This document shows positions 53,061 through 64,000 of a stretch of 64,000 nucleotides of DNA, piece by piece. Every line of letters begins with the position of its first letter. Position 1 is the first letter of the stretch. The stretch comes from Eledone cirrhosa. Lineage: Eukaryota. The position numbers and the translations under genes were made by a program. The DNA lies in contig OZ024740.1 of NCBI GenBank assembly GCA_964016885.1, positions 206,956,001 to 207,020,000 of the forward strand, given 5' to 3'. The notes below the pieces were generated by a model that saw only the letters and a list, made by a program, of their open reading frames with translations, was not told the origin of the DNA and did not search any database.

Positions 53061-56000
53061 TTTTTTTTTCTTTTTTTATTTGTAATATTATTTATACAAT
53101 AGGGAATGAAATAGATATACATAGTGTTAACTCATTACGGTTGAGTCAATAATTTCAGACATGAAATACATTGTTACCAGAAGCACCCTTCCGGTCAAGC
53201 ACTCTTCTGGTCGAGCACTCCCCCGCTTCCGGCCACCGCACGCCACACCATACCCACACCTGATCTCAAGGATCAATTTCCCCTCGTCCTTCTGCATATG
53301 AAAGTCTACTGTCCAGGTTGGTGGTTTGCGACTTCTTTGTGATCTCCGCAGTGTTGGGGCGGCACTTTGAGTTTCCTCTTCCTCGGAGTCCGTTGACTCA
53401 GTGATTCTATGGACATCCAGGACATGACATGGTACTCCGTCCACGGACACATTGTTCTGGGAATTTACGGCCGTCACCGTTCCCCTTCCCCATTGAGATG
53501 AGCAACGTGCATCTGGGGGCTTAACCCAGACTTCTTCGCCCACCTGCACGAATGCATTCTCTCTCCCCACTGGCTGTTGTGGTGGCGTGCACGGGTGCCG
53601 CCACTCGTATCTGAATACTGCTCTGTGTGGCACCGATTCCTCAACCTGTCCCACCCGAGGGGACATGTTGTACCAGAACACTGCCTCCATTGGTGAGATA
53701 TGGCCCCGCTCCGCCATTGCCTTGATCGTCCGGTGATGTCGCTCCACAATTCCATTCCCGCTCGGCCTGTGCACTGCTCTGAAGAAACGGTCCACCTTCC
53801 ATCCATCGAGCATCTCCCTCAGCGCCTCCGAGCGGAACGTTGCGCTGTTGTCCATCAGCAGTTCCTCCACAGGGCCCCGCTCCAAGAACACCTCTCTTAA
53901 CGTCCACATGATTTCCTCGGCCGTTCCAGTCTTCATCTCCCTCCATATCGCCATCCGTCCTGGTCCACAGTCGACCGTCGAGAGGTACGTTCCCTGTCGG
54001 TAGTGCGTTACATCCACCGCCAATCGCTTCCAGTCACAATCCACCGGGAGGCTTCCCGTTTCGTGTACACCCGGGGCGGGATCAATGGACTGACATTGGA
54101 CGCAGCCTCTAACCACCCTTTGAACACTGTGTCTGTTAACGTCCGAGTCAATTCTCCTGGCTAGGAACAGGGTCCTATCCACTCCCATGTGGTGCATGTC
54201 ATGCAACCCTTTCAGATCCGACTCGGTCAGCCGACACACGGCAGCTATCTCATCTTCTACCTCCTCCGGCGCTTGCATCCAGGCTTTCTTCACCCTGGTT
54301 ACGACGTCCGCCCTATTTTTCTCTGAGGGCACGAAAACTACGCTCAGCCTCAGGTCGATCTCGGTGGCTAACTCTCCTAAAGTTCCCAGGTGGCGCTTTA
54401 TCAGCATCTCTGCCGCCCCTCTCGTTCACACTCTGTTCTCACTGGTGAGCACTGATCTCACCCATCCGAGTACAGTAGCCGAGTCGGTACGTATCTCGAT
54501 GGTGCACAGTCCCCACCTCAGGGCGAGGTTCACCCCTCTCAACACTGCGTCCAACTCGGCCACATTGATGTGGTTGCAGTCGTCCTTCTTCCTAAGCCAG
54601 GCTGCATCCTCGACCTCAACACCTCCTATCTCCAACGTGACACCCAGCGCTATGCTGCTTGCATCGCACCATACGGTCCCGCTCTGCGATTTGGGAACAT
54701 ACCAGCGTCCCCGCACTGGGTCGTCGGCCTTCACCCTCTCCACGATCTCCTGCATCATGGCCACCGTCCTCTCTCCCACTCTGTCACTCCAAGTCACCCC
54801 TTCTGCTCATCTCTTGACATAGCTGCATGCCGTCCGGAGCCACCCAGCAATTGGGTAGTGACCCACCAACTTTCCACACACCGAGAAAAGCTTCCGCCTA
54901 CTCATACTTGGGCCCAGTTCTGGAACTTCATTTCCCCTCTGGAATACCAAGACACCCGTCCTGTCCCGCCGTAGCCTAAGTCCCAGCGCGGTTCCTCTCA
55001 CCAACGCTTCTGATGGCTTCACAGCCAGTCCATACCCCCGTAAATGGCTCGTGACCTCCGCCGCCGACACTACAGACTCGTCCACTAGGATGTCGTCAAT
55101 ATAGGAGTTAGTGGCCCTCTTCATCTTGTCGGCCTTTCCCAGAATGGTCTTGAGGACCGCCGCCATGATCTTCGGTGCGGAGCTCAGCCCGAAACCGAGC
55201 CTGGTCAGGCAATATGTCCGGCCCTTATACCTAACCAGCTGATACTGCCAGAGCTTCTCATCTATGTGTAATTGCAAGTATGCCGACTTTAGATCTACGA
55301 TTGCTGAACCCCCCGTCATGCGTCTCCACTCACGCAGGGTTTCCCCACAGACATCTGTGACCACGCCACCCGTGTGGCATGACACGTGCTCGTTCACTCC
55401 CGAAAGTCCAGCACCGGCTTCACCTTGTTCTTCGTGGGTTGTGCCACCGCCATTAACGGCAACACTCCGCACTTCACCTCCTATTTCCAGGGAAGCAGTA
55501 TGCCCTCCTCAATCCATCTCTCTACCTCTCTCACTCGAACTCGCTCCTAATGTCTCCTTTCAATGTGTGTTGATAGCAGCCCACTTTGGTCTTCAGTGTT
55601 GGTGGTTCTCCCTTCCAGTACCACTGAACAACCCATCGCTGCCCATCGAACACAGCCTTGAAGTCTTTGTCCTGTACAGTGTAAGCGGGGTATTTCTCCT
55701 TGTGGGCCTTCTGGTTCTCCTGTCGTGCACTCACAGCGCATACCGATGCAGCGGCGCCAAACGACACACCAACGTTGTTCACTGTGACGCCTCCTAGACG
55801 GCCAATTGCGTCCATGCCCATAACCATGCCGATCCCATCCACCACGTTGTCGACTACGATGGCAGAAAGCCTTATTTTCCTTCCCCGTACCGCCATCTCC
55901 ACCTCGCTGCGACCTCGGCATTCAATTTTTGTGCCGTCGACTGCCCTTATGTTGCTCTTCCCTCTCCACCTCTGCGCCACCCCCGCGGTCACCAGTGTCG

Positions 56001-56065
56001 TCGTACAGCCCATGTCCACGAGGGCTCGCTGTGGCTTTCCCCTCACGAAGACTTCCACCACGGGC

Positions 56066-56124
56066 AGCGCCTCTACTCGTAAGGGGCAACTACCGGCGCA
56101 GTAGTTCCCCTTGGATCGTTTCCC
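56066..56124 (-). promoter_or_regulatory. -1 ribosomal frameshift signal (G GGA AAC plus hairpin/pseudoknot) at the gag-pol junction
   Basis: Heptamer in gag frame, 6-nt spacer, stem AGGGGAACTAC/GTAGTTGCCCCT, loop GCGCC complementary to downstream GGCGC. The -1 frame is open into the protease. Confidence 0.75.
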
Positions 56125-56951
56125 TGGTCGCAGTTAGTAGCGATGTGGTCTGGTCGCTTACACCGGTAGCATATTATTTCCGGTCTTGACTCTCTACAGT
56201 CTCTCGCCATGTGCGGGCCCTGGCACCTAAAACAGCGACCTCTAAACGTTCACGGGCGACCGCGTGCCGTGGTTGCCTCCCTTTCACCATTTCGCTGCCA
56301 GCTGTATTGAGCCTCTGTAGTTGCTATTGCCACGACACTCTTCTTGGCATCTTCTGCTATGATCCAGGCTTGTTCTACCAGTGAACACATCTCAATTTCT
56401 TTGTAACCCGGGACTTGCTGCAGTTTCACCGCTATGTCATCTGGAAATCCATTTATGAACGCCAACCGCACCGTGCATTCGCATTCCACCTGATACCCAG
56501 CCAACATGGCCAATCGCCGTATTTCCGCTGCGAAAATTTCAACGCGTTCACCGTTCCATCTAATCCTTGCCAGCTTAGCAAATGCAGCTAACGGTCCCTC
56601 TGCGAACGCTTTCATCATGCGCCTCTCAATCTTTTGCGCATCCCTTTGGCTGTGTTCATCTAACTCAAGGAAGAGTACCAACGCATCCCCCTCGAGGTAC
56701 AGTGCCATGAGGCCAGCCACATCTATCTTCTGTAAGCTTGCGACCAGCCAGACTTTTCGCAGCCAAGCGACAACATCGCCTTCACCGGTAAATGCCCTAA
56801 TCGCTTCGCTCGTTCGTAGTCTCGTGCCATATCCTAATTTGTCTTGCAGTACGTAATAAAAAAAAATAACAGACTCCTCTCTGTTTTTCCAGTAGCTTTG
56901 TTTTCGAGAAAGTTTTTTTGTTTTTTTTTCAATCAGATCTCAGTTTCCAGT

Positions 56952-56963
56952 GCCGAAATAGCT
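56952..56963 (-). promoter_or_regulatory. Putative non-canonical primer-binding site complementary to tRNA-Phe nt 1-12
   Basis: Plus strand GCCGAAATAGCT directly abuts the inferred LTR end and equals the 5' end of metazoan tRNA-Phe(GAA) as recalled. Copy 1 has CCTGAAATAGCT at 13735-13746. Confidence 0.5.
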
Positions 56964-57822
56964 TGTGGTTAGAAAAAGCTATCTCACTTACCGCTTTTCA
57001 TAGATGCCGCTAAATCCCAAGGCTGGTTTCTCCTCTTACACGTGCATCCAACTCATTAACACCCGGGAGCTGCCAAGCTCGCGTCCACACTGTTCCTGGT
57101 CACCACTAGAGAGAGACCGATCTGCTGGCCCTTCCGGTCGAACACCCTTCCGGCCAAGCACCCTTCCGGTCAAACACTCTTCTGGTCGAGCACTCCCCAG
57201 CTTCCGGCCACCGCACACCGCACCCTACCCACACTTGACCCAGTTGACTGCGAGTTTTTCCATTGTTAAGACCTCAATTGCCAGTTAATGTCTAGACACG
57301 CCTACACACCTGCTCACAGCTGCGGTCAGACCATAGTTATGCTGTCTGCATGCTCATTCAAATGCATTCACACTGGCTGTCTCAAAGACATACAGATAAG
57401 GCTTATAAAACTTACCAAAGTAAAGAGCCTTCCAGTGCCCCCCAAAGCTCCAAACGCCCCCTCCCCCCCCTAATGCCCCCTTGCTCCCAAGCGCCCCCTG
57501 GAGTCCCCCCCCCCCCCCGGGTGCATATGCCCCCATTGAGAACCTCTGGTCTAGAACAATATAGTCTCACTCTTGTCAACAATAATAACAACAACAACAA
57601 CAACAAAAACAGGATTGTCTTTGACTTCTGTAAATAGTATCTAATAAAGACTAAAGTCTGGTTTAAATAATCTAAAGAAATCTATGAAAATTCTTGTGTT
57701 GGAGTTGTAAGATTTACAAGAAAAATGATGAAAATGCTTTCATTCTTCTAATTCATAAATAAATGAATTATTTACCATTATTATAACAAAAAATGTGCTA
57801 TCAACATTTATTTACTTTTTAG

Positions 57823-57882
57823 GATAATATTTACCACGGCCACTCACACCGTTGAAGCTTTGTATTCTCTGGTCTTGTCAAG
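57823..57882 (+). CDS. TMEM254: Transmembrane protein 254, coding exon 3
   Basis: Acceptor tttactttttag, donor AG|GTAAGA, phase-2 start compatible with exon 2. (L)IIFTTATHTVEALYSLVLS matches the recalled TMEM254 HVGESLYAIVLC segment. No last exon found in the window. Confidence 0.85.
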
Positions 57883-58880
57883 GTAAGATTACTGTTTGAT
57901 TTATTTATTACATACTATATCAGTTTTGTTTAGATCCCTTGTCCATAAACCTTAAGTTCAATCTATAGACAGGGCATCACTGTGGTACTATGGTACATAT
58001 TTTAGTCTTTACAGTGACTCCTAAGTTCAATTTACAGAGAAGGCATCACTGTGGTACTATGGTACTAATTTCAATCTTTACAGTGACCCCTAAGCTGTGG
58101 CACTATGGTACTTATTTTGATGTAGCATGAACAAGCTAAGAGGAATTGGATATAGTTTACAAGATAAAAAGACTGCTTTGATATGGACTTGTGATGTATA
58201 TGGAAGATAACAGCTGTATAAAAAGTGCAGAGAAATTTCAGTGGATGGGACTTGTGGAAGAGGCAAACCCAGGAAGATCTGGGATGAGGTACTGAAGACC
58301 AACATTAAGAAGCTGAACCTCACAATGGAGATGACAGAAGACCAGAAGGATTGGCAACATAGAGCATTACCAGCATAGAGACCTAGCCTGTCGTTATCCA
58401 GGATCATCTGTCACCCTTCTCCCATTCTAAGGATGAAATCCAGACACCTTGCTCATAACCTCATCAGGCTTTATTGCTGTTATTACAGTATCTCCTTTAC
58501 TATTGGAAGTCACCCCTCCCCTCATACTCATTATCCTGTCAATTTCCACCATCCTGCCACATTTGTCTTATACCTATGACATCATACTTACCATCCTTTT
58601 TACCCCTCACCCCTACCATACACTCATTCTATTCCCCATAGGGTAGAAAAGTTTAGTCAATGCTAGAGCTATATAAAATAAACACAGTACACTATGTAAG
58701 GAGGTTGATGATAGGAAGGGAATCCTTCTGTAGAAAAACATGCCAAAAAAGGTTGAGAGGACTCTTCAATTCTGTTAAGGGCGCAACAACCTCTCTACTG
58801 TTGGTGATCTACATTCTGTAAAGTGGTTGTTGATATGAAGGTCATCCAGCTATAAAAATAACTTGCCAAACAAAGGTTAA

Positions 58881-59101
58881 CCCTTTAGCATTTACACTAC
58901 TCTATATTTACTATTGTATTTTCACAATAAAGGTTTTATCTCACCTAATTATCTCACATAATATCGAATCTATGAGATTTTGATATTATTTATTTTGAGT
59001 ACAATACCTTAACATTAGTATAAGTAGCCAGTTATGGTCAGTTTGAGCAGAAAGAGGTGAGAGATTTCTTGCTGGATATGGCTGGTTTAAATACTAAAGT
59101 G
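58881..59101. mobile_element. piggyBac-type MITE
   Basis: TTAA|CCCTTTAGCATTTA...TAAATACTAAAGTG|TTAA. It interrupts a local repeat whose uninterrupted copy is at ~58748-58800. Confidence 0.8.
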
Positions 59102-59540
59102 TTAAAGAGGGCTCTTCAGTTGTGTCAAAGATATGACAACCTCTCTACTGTATATAGAAGTAACAAACAGGAAAATACCTGAGTTTTATATATCGATCAT
59201 AATGGTCTTCTTTCTACTTATATACAATAGAAAATAATTGTTACATTTTCACAAAGGAATGTATCTGCCATAAAATTTGCAAATGATTTCAAGGATATGA
59301 AGTCATTTCCTTTCATGAAATAAATATCTCACATGAATAGTTTCTTTTTGTTTGCTACATTGAAACCAACTCCGGGTATATCTAGGTTGTACTTAGATAT
59401 CACACAATAAACATTCACAAAACTACACACTCACATGCACGCATGCACACACGCTCACACGCATGCATGCATGCACACACACACACATATGTAAAAGGTA
59501 AACAGAAATAACAACACAATCGGTACAGTATATGAAAGGT

Positions 59541-60910
59541 ATCATCATCATCATCATCATCATCAACGTTTAACGTCCGTGTTCCATGCTTGCATGGGTT
59601 TGGACGGGGGTAGTCCCACTTGAGGCAAGAGTGATTGTCTTGCTCGCATAGGACTGTCTGGCAGGTTTTCTACAGTTGGATGCCCTTCCTAACACCAACC
59701 ACATTTACAGTGTGGGTCTGGGAGGTTTTTACCGTGTTGCCTACACGGCCACATTACAGCGTGGACTGTGTGTTTTTTTGTCGTGACACCTACACGATCT
59801 CATTTGTTTCGGCCTCGATGGCGCGGCACCAACATAACTTTACATAGAACGGGGTGGTGTGGATCGGGTGGGGGTGGTGGTGGTGGGACGGGGTGTATTT
59901 TGTTAGAGATGCCTACTGGCTGGAGTAGGTTTTACTATATATTTAGGTAAGGCGGGTCTTCTCTGTTACTGAGTACCGCCAAAGGTCTCGGTCCAGTGAC
60001 ATTGTCTTGGAGAGGTGTAAGTGTGTGATGTCGGAGTTTATCAGCTCGTCCCAGGTTTTTCTAGGTCTGCCTATTCCGTGACTACCGTCTATCTTTATTG
60101 CCCTGCACTTTGTTATACAGCTATCGACTTTCATGCGCATCACGTGTCCATACCAACGTAGCCTTCTCTCGAGTAAACAACATCTGATCCCTCTTATCTC
60201 TAATTTTTTCCTTAGTTCGTTTATGCTTTGCCGTTCACGTATATTACTGTTACACATCCAGTGGAGCATGCAAGCTTCGTTCCTCTCTAGTCTGCGTATA
60301 TCCTCTGCACACAATGCCCAGGTCTCACTGCCATGCAGCATTGCTGTTCGTATGCAGGCATCGTACAACCTGCCTTTCATTTTTAGTGAGAACCCTTTAG
60401 CAGCTAATAGTGGTATAAGCTCTCTGAACTTTTTCCAACCAGTTCTGACTCTAGCTACAGTACTTTCAGAGCACCCTCCCCCACTGCTGATTTTATCGCC
60501 CAGGTAACGGAAGCTGTCCACTATTTCTATAGAACCCTCTGCGCAATTGAAAGAGCTAGTAGTTTGTGGGCACTTGCTGCTACTTATTGCACCAGAGCAC
60601 CGGCCACATGTAAAATCTATGTTCTTAGTTAGCTTACCTGTGATCCCACTACATCTTTTATGCACCCATACTTTGCATTTAGGACATAAAATGGAGTTTC
60701 TACCTACGCCTTTCCTACACACCGAGCACGACCATTTCCCAGAAGGGACCGCCGCCTTGTTTTCTTTCCTACAAACTAGTACTTTGGTCTTAGCCAGGTT
60801 AATTTTAAGTCCTTTTGACTCTAGGCCGTGCTTCCATGTTTGGAATTTCTTCTCTAGCTCAGCCATTGATTCCGCTATGAGTGTCAGGTCGTCTGCGTAT
60901 AGGAGTTCCC
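59541..60910 (-). mobile_element. 5'-truncated RTE LINE with an intact C-terminal ORF
   Basis: ORF 59943-60866 (PHD-like finger plus C-terminus). The 3' UTR is almost identical to 40400-40775. Confidence 0.9.
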
Positions 60911-60948
60911 ATATATATTAGGTTAATGCTTGAAATAGCAGGAAGAGG

Positions 60949-60985
60949 GTCTTAATGTTTCTGACGCTAGTCCTTCATCAGAAGA
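60949..60985 (-). ncRNA. Degenerate minimal hammerhead ribozyme (Penelope-type)
   Basis: Reverse strand TCTT-CTGATGA-AGGACTAGCGTCA-GAAACATTA-AGA, with stem II GAC/GTC. Confidence 0.5.
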
Positions 60986-61322
60986 AAGAATGAGAAATAA
61001 GATAGATTGAAGGGACAGGCGGATTGGAATTTGAAAAAAATCTCTTTAGATAAGAATAACAGGTCCATATATATCACCTTGATCGACCAGTCTGTCGGGC
61101 GCCAATCGGCGCCGCTGATCACAGCACCTCTGAGCCATAAGATAACGCCATACCACTGGCAGGGCGGGCAGGCCAGTACTCATTTCTACAGCTGAGTAAA
61201 CTGGAGCAACGTGAAATAAATTGTCTTGCTCAAGGAAACAATACATCACCCGGTCTGAGAATTGAACTCACAACCTTTTGATTGCAAGCCCAATGCTTTA
61301 ACCACTAAGCCATGCACCTTCA

Positions 61323-61520
<198 letters not shown>

Positions 61521-61879
61521 TAAATATACACGGGTGTGTATGATTGTGTATAGACGATTATATTAATAAAAGGAATTACAACTTTGTCTGATTTACTCGT
61601 TTTATTTACAATCCCGCCGAGGTTGACTTTGCCTTTCATCCTTACGGGGTCGATAAGATAAAGTACCAGTAATACACTGGGTAATTGCTGGCCTTGTGCC
61701 TAAAGTAGAAACATTTATTTACAATCCATTAAAATTTATAAGGGTATTAGAATGAAATAGTATGGTAGAATATTAAATTTTAAGTGTTAATTGATCAAGT
61801 ACTTTCATGCTTTCGCAATCTTCAGGTTCATATTCTGTGGTGACAGTCAAGTTTGAAATTTTCAATTGTCTATATATAC

Positions 61880-62458
61880 ATATGAGCATAAGAGGTATCA
61901 AATGCTATGTGCAGGAGAGGCGGTTGCGCTGGTATGGACATGTGATGCGTATGAAGGATGACAGCTGCATAAAAAGGTGCAGAGCACTAGAAGTTGATGG
62001 AAACCGCGGAGTGGGGAGACCCAAGATGACCTGGGATGAGGTGATAAAAGCCGACCTTACCCAATTACACCTCTCAAAGGCAATGACACACGACCGTGAC
62101 TTCTGGCGTCACGCAGTAATACAGAGTACCTGACCTCCCATGAGTACAAGCTGAAGCATATAGATAATATGCCCCCACACCCCCCACCGCAAGGTGGCCG
62201 TGGAGGTGCCACGGCAAAAAAGCACCCAGCCCACACTGTAAAGTGGACGTGTAGGCGCCACAAAAAAGCACCCAGCACTCATTGTAAATGAGGTTGGTGT
62301 TAGGAAGGGCATCCAGCTGTAGAAATCAAGCCAAATCAGTTCCTGTATGAGCAAGGCATGGTCAGCCGACCAGACACTGCCCACAACAGGACAACCCGTC
62401 TAACCCATGCTAGCGTGGAAGAACGGACGTAAAACGGTGATGATGATGATGATGATGA
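61880..62458 (+). mobile_element. RTE LINE 3' fragment
   Basis: RRLRWYGHVMRM..GRPKMTW, 3' UTR, (ATG)n tail. Confidence 0.88.
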
Positions 62459-62480
62459 TATGTGTGTGTGTATATATATA

Positions 62481-62549
<69 letters not shown>

Positions 62550-63027
62550 GTGTGTATATATGTATGTATATATGTGTATGTATATATGTATATATATATA
62601 TATGAATATATGTGTATGTATTTATATATGTAATGGCCATCCAATAATTTTTTTTTTTTGTGGCATCTTCATTAAGACATCTCTCTAGGAGAAGGTGACT
62701 CTGATATAAAACCTGCAACTTCGTTTGCATCCAATGATGTAGACCAGTCCTTCTTTTGGGGCAAATGCATTCGATGTTCAGAGAGTGGGATGGCCCCATG
62801 TAAAGCTTTTCCTCACTTAAAAAAGCTTCAAGCACAGGCATCACTTGATATGGTGACATTTATTGCGATGCATGGTATTGCAAGTCCCTAAAAGGACTAA
62901 AAAGCCACATCCGTGATGTTCATACTTAAGTATCAAGTGATGGCATTACTCGAAATCGAGTTGCAGCCTTCAGATATGTATGTATATATATATATATATG
63001 TATATATGTGTATATATATATATATAT

Positions 63028-63801
63028 ATCCTCATCAGGCAGTAACGGTCCACAGAATCAAAGGCCTTCCTAAAGTCAATGAAAACCATGACCGCAGGAA
63101 GGCACTTTGCTCTAGCTCCCTCTAATATCCTCCTCAGCATCAGGATGTGACTGGTGGTTGATCTACCCTCTCTGAAGCCATTCTGGTTGTCCCTGAGCTT
63201 CTTCTCCATCTCAGGCTGGATCCTGTTAAGAATCATCCTGTTGAGGGTCTTTGCCACAAGTGACGTCAGTGAGATCCCCCTGTAGTTGTTGGTGTTAGAG
63301 AGATCTCCCTTCTTTGGCACTGGGACGATGTTACTGATCCTCCACTGATTCGGGGCAACTCCCTTCTCCAGTGCCCCGTTACAGAACCCCAGGATGATAT
63401 CATCAAAATCACACCTCTTCATCACCTCTGATGCCACTCCATCTTCTCCATGAGCCTACACGAGAATGTTGAGGATGGCTTTGAACATTAATCAGTATAC
63501 ACTGAGGATGAAAAACTCAGAGCTGTATGGGAGCATCCCAAAAGTCAGCTCAAAAATGACACAGAGGAGACTGAGGTTAGCTGGACATGCTCACCGACAT
63601 CCAGAGTTGACATTGCACTCAGTGCTCCTTTGGGAGCCCCTACATGGACACACTAGAAGAGGAAGACCAAGGTTAATGTATGTTGATGCCCTAAGGACAG
63701 ACACTGGTCTGTTGGAGACGCAGGACATGGCAGCGATAATGAGGGACAGAGACCGCTGGAGAGAACTCGTCCATGGATCTCGGGAATTTTACCCGCCTTA
63801 G
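63028..63801. mobile_element. LINE of a second family with a 5' inversion
   Basis: Minus-strand RT N-part (PKKGDL..NYRGISL..NQNGFR..FIDFRKAFDSV) is joined at ~63456 to a plus-strand C-terminus (RRLRLAGH..RGRP..DRDRWR). TA tracts on both flanks. Confidence 0.85.
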
Positions 63802-64000
63802 AATATATATATATTTATATATGAAGGCCCCACTCAGTCACAAATGACCATGGTTTTGCACCTAGAAAGTTTCCCTTCGAGGCACAAGCCTGAGCAACGT
63901 TTGTTTTGTGGAAGACCAGTAGTCCCCCATGTATTCCAGTCTCCCCTCTCCACAGATGTTGTCCAAGGGAAAGGCAATGACTAATACAGCTTGGCATCAG

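Larger units (their letters stand above)
53181..57233 (-). mobile_element. LTR retrotransposon (gag-PR-RT-RH-IN order), copy 2, fairly well preserved
   Basis: Putative 5' LTR 56964-57233 (TGT...ACA); matching truncated 3' LTR 53181-53258. Gag with two Cys/His knuckles (CFRCQGPHMARDC, CYRCKRPDHIATNC), PR ALVDMGCT, RT YIDDILV, RH WCDAS..HINVAEL, IN HHCC and D,D,E (VDVT, MDNS, GIVER). A few stops and frameshifts. Confidence 0.92.
51029..57548 (-). mobile_element. hAT (Charlie/Buster-type) DNA transposon remnant containing a nested LTR element
   Basis: TIRs CACAGGTTCTCAAT / ATTGAGAACCTCTG and a perfect 8-bp TSD GTCTAGAA at 51021-51028 and 57549-57556. Confidence 0.9.

Overview
AT-rich, repeat-dense eukaryotic DNA. 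The SINE/LINE repertoire suggests a coleoid cephalopod, probably Octopus (inference). Two spliced host genes lie head-to-head. (1) On the minus strand, a TRIM2/3-like RING + NHL-repeat E3 ligase with coding exons 8480-7905 and 890-335, continuing off the left edge. (2) On the plus strand, TMEM254, whose small coding exons (14771-14866, 27499-27599, 57823-57882) are largely missed by the ORF track. The rest is mostly mobile DNA: two related gag-PR-RT-RH-IN LTR retrotransposons (one nested in a hAT/Buster element with a perfect 8-bp TSD), a tandem Helitron array with a RepHel pseudogene, a near-full-length RTE LINE and many fragments, Penelope-like remnants with hammerhead ribozyme motifs, foldback and piggyBac/hAT MITEs, two tRNA-derived SINE families, and satellites. 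The most unusual signal is in the LTR elements. Where a canonical TGG primer-binding site is expected, both carry a motif complementary to the 5' 12 nt of tRNA-Phe, suggesting priming by a 5' tRNA fragment.
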